This document shows, in pieces, positions 21,378 through 30,427 of a stretch of DNA of 64,000 nt. Position 1 is the stretch's first letter. Each line of letters opens with the position of its first letter. The stretch comes from Acidobacteriota bacterium (GTDB lineage: Bacteria > Acidobacteriota > UBA6911), in assembly GCA_963664705.1 (NCBI GenBank), contig OY761556.1, positions 5,664,001 to 5,728,000 of the forward strand, read 5' to 3'. The notes below the pieces were generated by a model that saw only the letters and a program-made list of their open reading frames with translations, did no database searches and was not told where the DNA came from. The position numbers were made by a program, and so were the translations under genes.

Positions 21378-22592
21378 CTAAGATGCTACAGCCTGCTTTC
21401 CCGAAATTATTGCGGTTAAGCGTTTGGCCCAAGCCTCCAAGGCCTCTTTCTTCTCCGCATCGTAACTGTGCCGGTCATAGACGGCGGTAATATCCCTCTC
21501 GACATGATTCAGGATTTTTTTGACTGTAAGGCGTGGAATTCCCATTCCCGTCATCAGACTGGCGGCGGTGCGCCGGAAGTCATGACCAACAAATTTGATC
21601 TTTGTGGCTCTTTGGATCCGCTCCAGTGCTTTCTGTGGATTGCTTATGTGCGTGTCGCCTTTAGGACTAGGAAAAACAAACCGCGAGTACTCGTCCTTTC
21701 CTGCAATTGATCTCATTTCTTTAATAATGGATAGCGCTGGCTCACTGAGGGGAACCCGATGAGATAAGCCGTTCTTCGTTTTTGCTCCGGGGATTGTCCA
21801 CCACCCGGAGTCAGTGTCAATTTCATCCCATTCTATGCCCATGACCTCAGCTCCTCGCTGAGCGGTCAGGAGTCTCAATTTCATGGTCCCGGCAGTAATA
21901 GCCTTTATCTTTAGATGTGATTCGTTTGTATCTTTCCTGTCGGCTTCTATGGCATCCCAAATGATCTTGATTTCATCTTCTGACAAAACTCTGTCCCGCT
22001 GGTGCTCTTTTCCGGGTGCAGGTATCAAGTAGACTGGATTACTTTCGACAATGTCGGTGGTGATGGCCCAGTTGAAGATTTTTCGCAGAAGAGCCCGGAT
22101 ACGATTGGCCATTATTGGCGCAGTTAAGCTTTTACGTTCCAACAAGGCACGAACGTCTTTCCGGGTGATATCCTTGGCATACTGCCTGCCGAATTCCGGG
22201 ATGAGGTCCTTTTTAATGACCCGTTCATCCTCCTGCCAGCTTTTCTTTTGGGTTTTGGCATGGCGCTCAATATATTCCAGGGCAACCTGTCTAAAGGTTA
22301 GTGCATGCCGTTCTTCCTGTTTCTCGGTAGCTGGATCCTGTCCGAGTTCTGCATTTCTGAGGGCTTTTGTAGCTTCGTTTCGTGCCTTGGCTAGACTCAG
22401 TAATGGGTAAGTGCCCAGTTTCATACGACGCAGGCGATCGCCGTGGCGATACATAACTCCAAAGCTCTTTTTCCCGTCTTGTGAGACACGCAGGAAGAAG
22501 CCTGAAAGTGCTTTGTCGAAGTAGTCGACCTGCTTCCCAGGAACACCTTCCAGGAACTTAATTTTGGCGGCTGTGAATTTGATGGAGGGCAT
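21378..22592 (-). CDS. Tyrosine recombinase/integrase, copy 2 (identical protein)
   Basis: 404 aa identical to 7889-9103. Confidence 0.95.
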   Translation of the reverse strand: MPSIKFTAAKIKFLEGVPGKQVDYFDKALSGFFLRVSQDGKKSFGVMYRHGDRLRRMKLGTYPLLSLAKARNEATKALRNAELGQDPATEKQEERHALTFRQVALEYIERHAKTQKKSWQEDERVIKKDLIPEFGRQYAKDITRKDVRALLERKSLTAPIMANRIRALLRKIFNWAITTDIVESNPVYLIPAPGKEHQRDRVLSEDEIKIIWDAIEADRKDTNESHLKIKAITAGTMKLRLLTAQRGAEVMGIEWDEIDTDSGWWTIPGAKTKNGLSHRVPLSEPALSIIKEMRSIAGKDEYSRFVFPSPKGDTHISNPQKALERIQRATKIKFVGHDFRRTAASLMTGMGIPRLTVKKILNHVERDITAVYDRHSYDAEKKEALEAWAKRLTAIISGKQAVAS

Positions 22593-22788
22593 GGATTATC
22601 TCCCTTGATTTTCAAAAAGGTAACACAAAGGTAACAAAATATCCATGACTGTAGTGAAACGTAGTGAACCGTAGTGAAACAACAAAATGTGATTATAATC
22701 AGTATCTATGCGGTGATAGTGCGGGAATAGGTTGTTTCACTGTTGTTCAGGACGTTTCTGTAAGTGTTGACAGGAGAGAAACCGAATT

Positions 22789-22834
22789 ACTGGCAGTCAG
22801 GAGGTCACGAGTTCGATCCTCGTCAGCTCCACCA
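22789..22834 (+). tRNA. 3' half of tRNA-Ala(GGC), second att core
   Basis: Same sequence as 9300-9345. Confidence 0.88.
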
Positions 22835-22977
22835 ATAACCTCTTAAAATACAATCATTTACAATCGGAGAAAAAGAATCAGATAATGCATCTTTCGTTGG
22901 GTGCGCCTGGGGTGCGGATTACTTTTAACGCCGATGTGAATAGATAAGACCTGATTAGTAAAATGGGACATACTGCA

Positions 22978-23025
22978 AACCCAACCAAGAGGGCTCCATT
23001 TAAGGCAGAGCCTCTTGGTTGGGTT
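22978..23025. terminator. Long stem-loop downstream of the minus-strand gene 23063-23269
   Basis: AACCCAACCAAGAGG...CCTCTTGGTTGGGTT, a 15-bp perfect inverted repeat; only a weak U tract. Confidence 0.5.
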
Positions 23026-23062
23026 GGTGAGCCTGAGGTGCCCACTTATTTCTAACCTCCTA

Positions 23063-23269
23063 TTACTCCTCTTCTTTCCACTGGCCGTTTGCAATTGCGT
23101 CTCCAACAGATTGGCCACTGTTCACCTGCAGCTTTAGGACTTCGCCTGTATCCGTATTCTCTATAAGCTCTGTTGTGCCGTATAGTAGCGAGAACGGGAA
23201 AGATAGTGCATTTGCCAACGATTGGCTTGCGTCGGGATCTTCGCCGAGGTGCTTATATTTTTCTGCCAT
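23063..23269 (-). CDS. Small acidic hypothetical protein (68 aa)
   Basis: GGAG RBS, ATG start, downstream hairpin. Confidence 0.65.
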   Translation of the reverse strand: MAEKYKHLGEDPDASQSLANALSFPFSLLYGTTELIENTDTGEVLKLQVNSGQSVGDAIANGQWKEEE

Positions 23270-23460
23270 AGTTTATACTCCAATAAAACCTAAGAGAGAT
23301 CGGAGCTTGTTATACTATTCTCCTCTGCTCTTCTCTCTGGATGGATTGATTACCAGGAACAAACAACCGATTCTCAGAATCGCCTTGTGTTTCCCCGGCC
23401 GCTTTCAAACCAATTTGAATCGATAATGTGCCTGTCGATCCGATTGGCTAGTGGTTAAAA

Positions 23461-23490
23461 CCGAAGCTCCTCAAAAGTGAGGAGCTTCGG
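23461..23490 (-). terminator. Rho-independent terminator
   Basis: CCGAAGCTCCTC-6 nt-GAGGAGCTTCGG followed by TTTT on the minus strand. Confidence 0.75.
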
Positions 23491-23505
23491 CGATCACTTC
23501 TGTGG

Positions 23506-23595
23506 TTAATTGTCTACTTCAGGACTATCAGCGTTGCTGTCCTCACTGTAATCATCAGAAGAAACGGACTCGTCGTCCGCGGAAAAATGGATCAT
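23506..23595 (-). CDS. 29-aa acidic peptide MIHFSADDESVSSDDYSEDSNADSPEVDN (absent from ORF track)
   Basis: GGAGG 8 nt upstream of ATG; terminator 15 nt after the stop; alternative in-frame ATG at 23610. Confidence 0.55.
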   Translation of the reverse strand: MIHFSADDESVSSDDYSEDSNADSPEVDN

Positions 23596-23779
23596 GGTGT
23601 CGTCCTCCATTTAACGAGTGGTGGTAACGCTTCTATGTTGCTTTAATCGGACCCTTCCGTTATCTTGCCCCGAAATGACATCCGACGTGAAAAGGTATAG
23701 CTTGCTTCCGCCCGCGTTCTCAAGGCATGGAAAGGTCATAAAAAGGACAACTTGCACATCGTTTACACGAGGTTAAAAA

Positions 23780-25336
23780 ATGGCAAGAAAAAGACATAGT
23801 GCGAGGTCTCCTTCAAATGGCAGAAAAACGATGAGGACTTGTAAAAAAGAGGTGGTTTCACATCGGGAATGGGGGGACCATTTTAACAAAATTCGCAAAG
23901 AACTTGCGTGGACGATAGAACAAACGGCTTTACATGTGGACCTAAGCACTGGCTGGGTTAAAAGAGCCATCAGCGGACAAAGCTTAATTGGATCCTTGCG
24001 TACGAGCGCTGAAGAAATCCTGAGAGATGAATGGAAGAGGAAATTTCCAGACAGACCATTTCTCGAATTTCCATATTGGATGCCCTGGTCGGAAACGGAG
24101 ATCAGTAATGATTTCGAGAATACATCAAAATTCGATCAGGCTATTTTGCAACAAGAAGAGGGTCTCGTTGATATCTCACCATATTCAACACGGACGGATG
24201 CTGTTTCTGTTAATTGTGAGAACAAGGTTCATCCTCTCGTCGAGGCGCTTAATATTCCCTTGACTAATGATTTCAGAACCGACCCGCTTCTGCTAAGGTC
24301 ACTTGATTTAGAGAAGACAATCGTAATTGGACACGTGATCGAGATTGCAAGTTATCATAAGTACAAAGGAATTACTGGGGCGGAGATCTTAGTCAGTATT
24401 GAGGGTAAAGCCATCCAATACCTTTCGCCTACTGTTCGTGATTTGGTTAGTGAAAGCCGCGCTAATTTGGTCAGTATTGGGAAAAAGGCGGCGAAGGAGT
24501 CCCGCGAAAAACAAGCAGTATTTGAGAGGGATCAATGCGAAACAAAGCTGCATTTAAAACCACCACATGGATTAGGAGGATTCATTCTAGATTCGGGGAA
24601 TGCCCACATTCACCTGTGCCGAAATGATTGGTTCACATGGCTTGCAATGAAGCAATTCACGAATGATATAAAGCGAGATGTGGCTAAAAATGGGCTGGAC
24701 TCTTTCCCTAATCGCCTGGATGTAGTATTGGGCATCTTGAGTGCATCTCAAGATAAAATTCTTATGGGGCTTCGCAGCCGCGATTCCGAATGTCTGGAAT
24801 CTGAGGTAGGTGTATGGGCATTGCCGGGTGAGCAAATGATCTTAGAAGAAAAGAATGGCATGCTCGTTGATGCTGACCCTGCTGGGATTCCAATGCCTGA
24901 AAAAACTGTTAGAAGGGCATTGCATGAACCCGATGAGACGGGATTTCCGGGCAAGTGGGCAAACGACCCCAACGTCACAGTTAGGTTTGTCGCCGCAGCA
25001 ACAGAATGGAATTATTTAATGACCAACCTTTTCGCGGTGGTATCGCTGGCCGAGTACATGTCTGAAGAGCGCTGCAATAATTTCCTGCCGAAAAAGGGCG
25101 AGCACGTAATGTGGGATTGGTTTCCGCTTAATGTGGAATCAATCGTGGATCTGATATGCAGAGGAACGTACGAAAAATTTGGTGTGGTTAATTCGAAAGC
25201 TCCATTGGCAGATTTCGCCAGATATGGACTACTTGTTGCAGCCTTTAACAAATTTGGGTATGAGGCCGTCTCTGAGTACATACTCCGGAGAGGTGAGAAT
25301 AAACAATTTGGGCTTAAGCCTTCGTCGTCTCTTTAA
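23780..25336 (+). CDS. XRE-type HTH fused to a divergent NUDIX-like C-terminal domain
   Basis: KIRKELAWTIEQTALHVDLSTGWVKRAISG (HTH); KILMGLRS..GVWALPGE..TVRRALHEPDETG (degenerate Nudix box). Confidence 0.6.
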   Translation: MARKRHSARSPSNGRKTMRTCKKEVVSHREWGDHFNKIRKELAWTIEQTALHVDLSTGWVKRAISGQSLIGSLRTSAEEILRDEWKRKFPDRPFLEFPYWMPWSETEISNDFENTSKFDQAILQQEEGLVDISPYSTRTDAVSVNCENKVHPLVEALNIPLTNDFRTDPLLLRSLDLEKTIVIGHVIEIASYHKYKGITGAEILVSIEGKAIQYLSPTVRDLVSESRANLVSIGKKAAKESREKQAVFERDQCETKLHLKPPHGLGGFILDSGNAHIHLCRNDWFTWLAMKQFTNDIKRDVAKNGLDSFPNRLDVVLGILSASQDKILMGLRSRDSECLESEVGVWALPGEQMILEEKNGMLVDADPAGIPMPEKTVRRALHEPDETGFPGKWANDPNVTVRFVAAATEWNYLMTNLFAVVSLAEYMSEERCNNFLPKKGEHVMWDWFPLNVESIVDLICRGTYEKFGVVNSKAPLADFARYGLLVAAFNKFGYEAVSEYILRRGENKQFGLKPSSSL

Positions 25337-25479
25337 TTCGCTGCGCTCCTGCTTTCCGGTCAGCCCCAGCAACCAAATGCCCCATTAACCATGCAAATTG
25401 CAACAAAAGGCACGACAGGATTTAAGTTGATTGTCATCGAGTGGCTATTTTTTTTTCTTAGCTGGATGACAGGTTTTCG

Positions 25480-26223
25480 TCAGCTGAGATCCGGGGCGTC
25501 TTTAGTGTTCTTTCCCGAAATAATTTCGGAATACTTTGACAAATGAGCTTCTGCCCCTTGAACACTATCAAGGTGCTCTGCAATCTCAGAATCATCCAAA
25601 AGCCTGGCAGCCAATTTGTTGCCGGAGGAATTAGCCAAAACAGCTATCTGCTGGGGTCCCTTAATTCCTCCTGGATTTACATCGATTGCATGCTCTAATG
25701 CCCAAGATACCGCGAAAACACCCTCGTTCAGCCGAGGAATAGTGTTTTTCCAAAAAACCCTTCTCATTAGCCCTAAGAATGGATCAGTGATAGGTTGTCC
25801 ACTGCCCATTGATACATACCACATATTCGTATCCTTAAATTCGGGCTGAAAATCAGTAATTGATAACTCACACAAATAGGGCTTGTCTCTATAGGGAAAT
25901 GCTACCAATGCGCCATAAGCACCCTGATTGGCTCGGGTGAATGAGAAATCCGAAATGCCGCTGGCGCATAACTGCTTTCCAATATCTATGTACGATTTTT
26001 CTTTAGAAAAGATGTGTCGATCCCACAAATCCTGAACAACTGTCCTAAAACGTTGGCCGAGTCCCACTTGTCCCGTTCCAGCGACTATTATGGAATTTTC
26101 AATTATTGATATTTTTTTTACGGGCTGCTCAATTGTAGAAACGGTACCGGCGCCAAATGTTGCAGAACTATCTGAACCAATGACAACTCCATCCTGGCAC
26201 ATCAAACCAAGTAGGACGGTCAT
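25480..26223 (-). CDS. Proteasome beta-subunit/HslV-like Ntn hydrolase
   Basis: M-T1VLLG..DGVVIGSD17S, KKI (Lys33 equivalent), AGTG, SMGSG; catalytic Thr exposed by Met removal. Confidence 0.8.
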   Translation of the reverse strand: MTVLLGLMCQDGVVIGSDSSATFGAGTVSTIEQPVKKISIIENSIIVAGTGQVGLGQRFRTVVQDLWDRHIFSKEKSYIDIGKQLCASGISDFSFTRANQGAYGALVAFPYRDKPYLCELSITDFQPEFKDTNMWYVSMGSGQPITDPFLGLMRRVFWKNTIPRLNEGVFAVSWALEHAIDVNPGGIKGPQQIAVLANSSGNKLAARLLDDSEIAEHLDSVQGAEAHLSKYSEIISGKNTKDAPDLS

Positions 26224-26228
26224 ATACA

Positions 26229-26669
26229 CTAGCCCTGGAAAACGCTGTTGGCTTTCATTTCTGGGTAGGCTTTGTAAATTGCCGAAACCAGGTCTGCGAA
26301 AGAAAGGCTACGAACTATGTTTGATAATCTTGTAATAGTCTGAACCACCTCTGGGTCCAGAGAAGAAAGCACACTTTCTCCGACTACCTGTCCAGCGGAA
26401 GTAGTGCGGTATTTTCTCAATCGCATACTAGGTGATTTTATTATTTCAACCAACCCGGAATCTGCTAGTACATCCAGAATGTCATAAACATCCCGGTCAA
26501 ATGGCCCATAATCATATGGTTCGAAGTTGAAATGCGGGCCGTCTAGTTCCTTCGATAACTTACGATCGAGTAGAAAGAGGAGTTTTTGCATCTGCACCGG
26601 CGAATGCAATGCTCCTTTTGAAACGGCCATTGCTGCCAAAACCAGATCGCGGTTACCCATAACTCCCAA
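26229..26669 (-). CDS. Panacea/SocA (DUF4065)-like or YwgA-like winged-helix protein
   Basis: VQMQKLLFLL..FNFEPYDYGPFDRDVY..GLV, IYKAYP. Confidence 0.7.
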   Translation of the reverse strand: MGVMGNRDLVLAAMAVSKGALHSPVQMQKLLFLLDRKLSKELDGPHFNFEPYDYGPFDRDVYDILDVLADSGLVEIIKSPSMRLRKYRTTSAGQVVGESVLSSLDPEVVQTITRLSNIVRSLSFADLVSAIYKAYPEMKANSVFQG

Positions 26670-27250
26670 GATACCATATTTTTGTTATGGTACGACTAAC
26701 TTATCGGCATACTCATCATATTCCATGGACTTTGGAGTTACTGATGCCACTGAGGATTTACAGCATGCCTTTTAGTATTACTGTGTCATAAATATATATC
26801 AAACCCGCATAAACAGCGGGTTTGATGCGTTTTCACGCTCCAGAGCGACCATGCTGAAACCCGCACCAGGCAAGGGTTAGTATTAGACCCCCAATACAAA
26901 ATGCCCTTAAACGTCGAATGGTGATTTTGATGCTGAATGCCCAAGCTGTTCTTTAACGTAAGTCAGTGGTTCATGCAAATGTTTAGCGTAGGTCGCGGGA
27001 AAAGGATTCGCGGTAGCTCGGATGTTTCCGACACTTGGGGACTCTTGAGAATTCTGGGTTTTGCTTTATAAAATCAGAATTTATATAGACCCCGATTCCG
27101 ATGCCGGGCAGGGCTTTCATTATTTTCAAGGTATACCCCCCAGTGGTGACGGGCACCTATTGAGATTGCATTTCAGATTTGCTGAAGGGAAGCTGGAGGC
27201 AACTGGCTCCCTCCAATTTAGTTTTTGGGGAGCCACGTCGTCGGATGTGA

Positions 27251-28552
27251 TCAAAGTCTTCCTGGTGTGTTGCTAAATACAATTGGTGCGCTTGTCACCA
27301 ACAATTGCGGAATGCCTGTTCCGGTCAGTTTAGAAACGGCAGTACCTTCGAAACCATGTGATCGTGCGCTTGTGAGCTTCTGAATTTGCATCGTGGCAAT
27401 GGTCGGCTGATCTACCGCGGTCTGCACGATATTGAGGTGGGGCAGACGGTTCACTGCTTGCCGGTTTGCGCCAGGCACCAAATGGCCGTAAATATCCACG
27501 GTGATTTTGATGCTGGAATGCCCAAGCTGCTCTTTAACATAGGTCAGGGATTCCCCATTCTGAAGAAGCAATGAGGCGAATGTGTGCCTTAGATCGTGAA
27601 ATCTGATGCTGCGCAGGCCGGCTTTCTCCAGACATTTCTGAAAATGCCGCTTCTTTAAATTTTTCATGTCCCGGAAGCCACCATTTTGGTTGGGAAAGAT
27701 CCAGTCTGTTTCTGGTAATTCGTTTTTGCCTTGGGCTAGAAACAATTCCTTTCGCTTACGTCGCAAGTCCAAAAGCGCTGATAGCAGCGCATCTGAAACA
27801 TCAACCTTCCTGATCTTACCTGATTTTGTGAGGTTGATTTTTCCGCGGACAATTCCTCTCCGAATAATCAGGAATTTGCCATTTTTATCGAAGTCGCCCC
27901 ATTGAAGTCCGGCCAGTTCTCCAGAGCGCAAACCCGTGTGAATGGCGCAGAGGAAAAGAGCAAAATGTTTTGGTGAATGCTTATTGACAGCCTCAAGGAA
28001 TTTTATAACTTCATCATTTGTAAGTGGCTGGATCTCTCTGTGTCGTATTGGTGCCTGCCTGTAAAATTCACCCAAGCGGGTTGCCGGGTTGTCTGCAATC
28101 AGTCGCGCCCGCAGCGCTTTATTCAGCATTTTTCGAAGTGTTGCCAGTGTGAGCCTGATTGTATCCTTAGCAAGTCCCTTGCTTACAAGAGAGGAGACAA
28201 ATTCCTCCACACGCTCCCGGGTTATTTCATCAAGGCGCAGCGCTCCTAATTCCTCCCTGAGGTCAACATTGTAGCGTCCCTCGTAACAGTTCCGGGTTGA
28301 TTCGCGAACGGAACCATCCAGCGTTTTCTTGAACCGCTCAAAATATGCATCCAGAGTCGGGGCTGGGGGAGAATCCTTTTTCTTTTCATCTTCTATTGTC
28401 TGGCCTAGTTTGAGCCGAGCTTCGATGTGTTCCTTTACCTTCAGCGCTGCCTTTTCCGAGCCAACTCGTTTGGATTTGCGCTTACCGTGGTGGTTTATAA
28501 ATACCCACCAAGTACCGGAACCTTTAACCTTTTCCCTGATTTGAACTCCCAT
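27251..28552 (-). CDS. Phage-type tyrosine integrase (second family)
   Basis: HTGLRSGEL, TKSG, FHDLRHTFAS, QLGHSSIKITVDIYGH. Confidence 0.95.
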   Translation of the reverse strand: MGVQIREKVKGSGTWWVFINHHGKRKSKRVGSEKAALKVKEHIEARLKLGQTIEDEKKKDSPPAPTLDAYFERFKKTLDGSVRESTRNCYEGRYNVDLREELGALRLDEITRERVEEFVSSLVSKGLAKDTIRLTLATLRKMLNKALRARLIADNPATRLGEFYRQAPIRHREIQPLTNDEVIKFLEAVNKHSPKHFALFLCAIHTGLRSGELAGLQWGDFDKNGKFLIIRRGIVRGKINLTKSGKIRKVDVSDALLSALLDLRRKRKELFLAQGKNELPETDWIFPNQNGGFRDMKNLKKRHFQKCLEKAGLRSIRFHDLRHTFASLLLQNGESLTYVKEQLGHSSIKITVDIYGHLVPGANRQAVNRLPHLNIVQTAVDQPTIATMQIQKLTSARSHGFEGTAVSKLTGTGIPQLLVTSAPIVFSNTPGRL

Positions 28553-28710
28553 CCGTCACCGCCCTTCCATGCCGGATAGGCATAACAGATGAGTGAATTG
28601 CAGATGCAATACGGGTAGAATGGACTCAGCCATCTCTTCCTCCTTAGTAGGAAGACTGGTTAGGGGCCGATGGATGCTCGCTACATCCTCCGGTCCCGCT
28701 TTCCAGCGGA

Positions 28711-28896
28711 TTATTTGGAATGCTTCTTGATTGCCATTGTGATCCCCTCGCGCACGAAATAGGACACCGGCAAACCCTCCCTTTCTGAAATCTTTTCCAG
28801 CTGTTTCAATTCCGATTCGGTTAACCGGACGCCGATTTGGTGCTTCTTTCTGTCGACGTCCGGAATCAATCGAAGTCCTTTGCGAGGAGCCATCAA
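28711..28896 (-). CDS. Ribbon-helix-helix DNA-binding protein
   Basis: QIGVRLTESELKQLEKISEREGLPVSYFVREGI. Confidence 0.75.
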   Translation of the reverse strand: MMAPRKGLRLIPDVDRKKHQIGVRLTESELKQLEKISEREGLPVSYFVREGITMAIKKHSK

Positions 28897-29120
28897 TTAT
28901 GTTTACCATTATGATTACCACTTTGTCAATCAGATAATGAAAGATAATTTCCTACGCGTAAACTGTCTGGCTTTCATTTTGAATTTGGATTTCCGCACCC
29001 CCCGCGCACCCGGCGGGTGGTTGCAAGTTTGTTTGACTAGGCTGTTGTTGGGCAACTTTTGCTAAATCAGGTGGTTAGCATTTCCGGCTGTGATAGTGAC
29101 CCCCTGACTACGTATTATTT

Positions 29121-29399
29121 TCAATCCAAAAGCCCTTCCATTACTTCGTCTACCATGAGATCGAGATCGGGCCAGTCGTTTTTCTCTATGTGTTTCTCCA
29201 TCCATTTCTCTAGGTCTGATTTCTTAAACAGCAGCTTAGATCCGACACGATGATGCTTGATCTCGGGCAGGAGCTTTCTGATAGTTCTTTCGGATAAATT
29301 GAGGTATTCAATCGCCTCGGAAAGGGACAGATATCGATCCTGGTTCAAATACGCAATGACTTCTTTGACCGATACCAAACCCTGCAGAACTTGGTCCAT
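29121..29399 (-). CDS. Excisionase-like HTH protein
   Basis: YLSLSEAIEYLNLSERTIRK..RVGSKLLFKKSDLEKW. Confidence 0.85.
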   Translation of the reverse strand: MDQVLQGLVSVKEVIAYLNQDRYLSLSEAIEYLNLSERTIRKLLPEIKHHRVGSKLLFKKSDLEKWMEKHIEKNDWPDLDLMVDEVMEGLLD

Positions 29400-29456
29400 G
29401 CCCGACAGACTCCTAAACGAGAGACCCGATCTTTTGACTTTTTGATTTGATGATTG

Positions 29457-29981
29457 TTAGGACAGCCGTTCGTGTTTCTTTATTTGTTCAATTCTTTGCG
29501 CTAATTCCAAAAGGTTCTTCAGCCTTTCATCCGAAAGGACATCCCGGCCTGGATCCTGCACTTTGAGTTCTCGTTGGAGACTGCCGGAGATTTCTGTCGA
29601 TACTCTTTCACGGTACTTCTCGGGTTTGACGGCTTTGAGAAGAAAGATAAGAAGAGTTGTCGACCCCGGGTCGCGCTTGTCCTGCGCTCGCTCAAAGGCG
29701 AGTGACTCAAGATTATCGCCGGCTATTTCCTGCGCATACTCGAAGGCTTTTCTGTATTCGGGATCCTTCAGCCAATGGTAGTGGCTCGAACGGTCGACCC
29801 CGGCAATCTGGGCAGCCCTGGTCAACATGCCGGTTGTTGAGAAGGCTACCAGGAAAGCCCTTTTTTTAGGATGTGGAATATAGCTGAAGAGCTGGTTTTC
29901 CTTTGGTTGAACCCATTCTTCTCCTAGTGGCTCGACCGATTGGGCTGCTTCATATTTTACGAGGCTTATGGCATTAGTCAT
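29457..29981 (-). CDS. Terminase small subunit-like HTH protein
   Basis: KKRAFLVAF..TRAAQIAGVDRSSHYHW..DPEY..LLIFLLKAVKPEKYRE; strong GGAGG RBS before ATG 29981. Confidence 0.7.
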   Translation of the reverse strand: MTNAISLVKYEAAQSVEPLGEEWVQPKENQLFSYIPHPKKRAFLVAFSTTGMLTRAAQIAGVDRSSHYHWLKDPEYRKAFEYAQEIAGDNLESLAFERAQDKRDPGSTTLLIFLLKAVKPEKYRERVSTEISGSLQRELKVQDPGRDVLSDERLKNLLELAQRIEQIKKHERLS

Positions 29982-30146
29982 TTGATACTCCCTCCTCCTG
30001 ATTGGTGGTTTCGGTGGCAAGCGTATGCTCTTTGTTTTGTTGAAGTTAGTCTGGTTGGATTTGACTACTGGACAAGTATTGTGACTGTATTCATGAAGGC
30101 TTGTCTGCAGACCTGAACTTCAGTACGCTATCTTTTTACTTTCGGA

Positions 30147-30422
30147 TGCGAACCTTGCTATCCCCCGCGAACGTTATCCCTCGCTGGTTCGCAAGCCGTA
30201 AATCTTTATTTCCTAATTGCATATAGATTGTTTGCGAACGTGCGAGCCAAAATTCGATTTCCACCAATAATTACTAATAAATGAAAGCCCAGAGAATACT
30301 TCTCTCACCAGTAGAAAGAAGTTCGCAGGTTCGCACAAATAGTATTAATAGTGAAAATAGAATGATTTAGCGCATGCGAACCTCTGGTGATGAAGGTTCG
30401 CATAGGTTCGCAGGTTCGAGGC
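30147..30422. repeat. Cluster of GTTCGC/GCGAAC repeats in both orientations, putative replication origin
   Basis: About nine copies with AT-rich spacers immediately 3' of the helicase-like gene. Confidence 0.65.
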
Positions 30423-30427
30423 ATAGG

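Larger units (their letters stand above)
9301..22834. mobile_element. 13.5-kb integrative cargo island bounded by tRNA-Ala 3'-fragment direct repeats
   Basis: att repeats at both ends, integrase beside the right att, no replication, transfer or phage structural genes. Confidence 0.85.
21136..22837. repeat. 1.7-kb direct repeat, copy 2
   Basis: Matches 7647-9348. Confidence 0.95.

Noticed and set aside
28556-28921. 121-aa minus-strand ORF
   Set aside because: Overlaps the convincing RHH gene in another frame
30147-30422. CRISPR array
   Set aside because: 6-9-bp motifs in both orientations with irregular spacing; iteron-like instead
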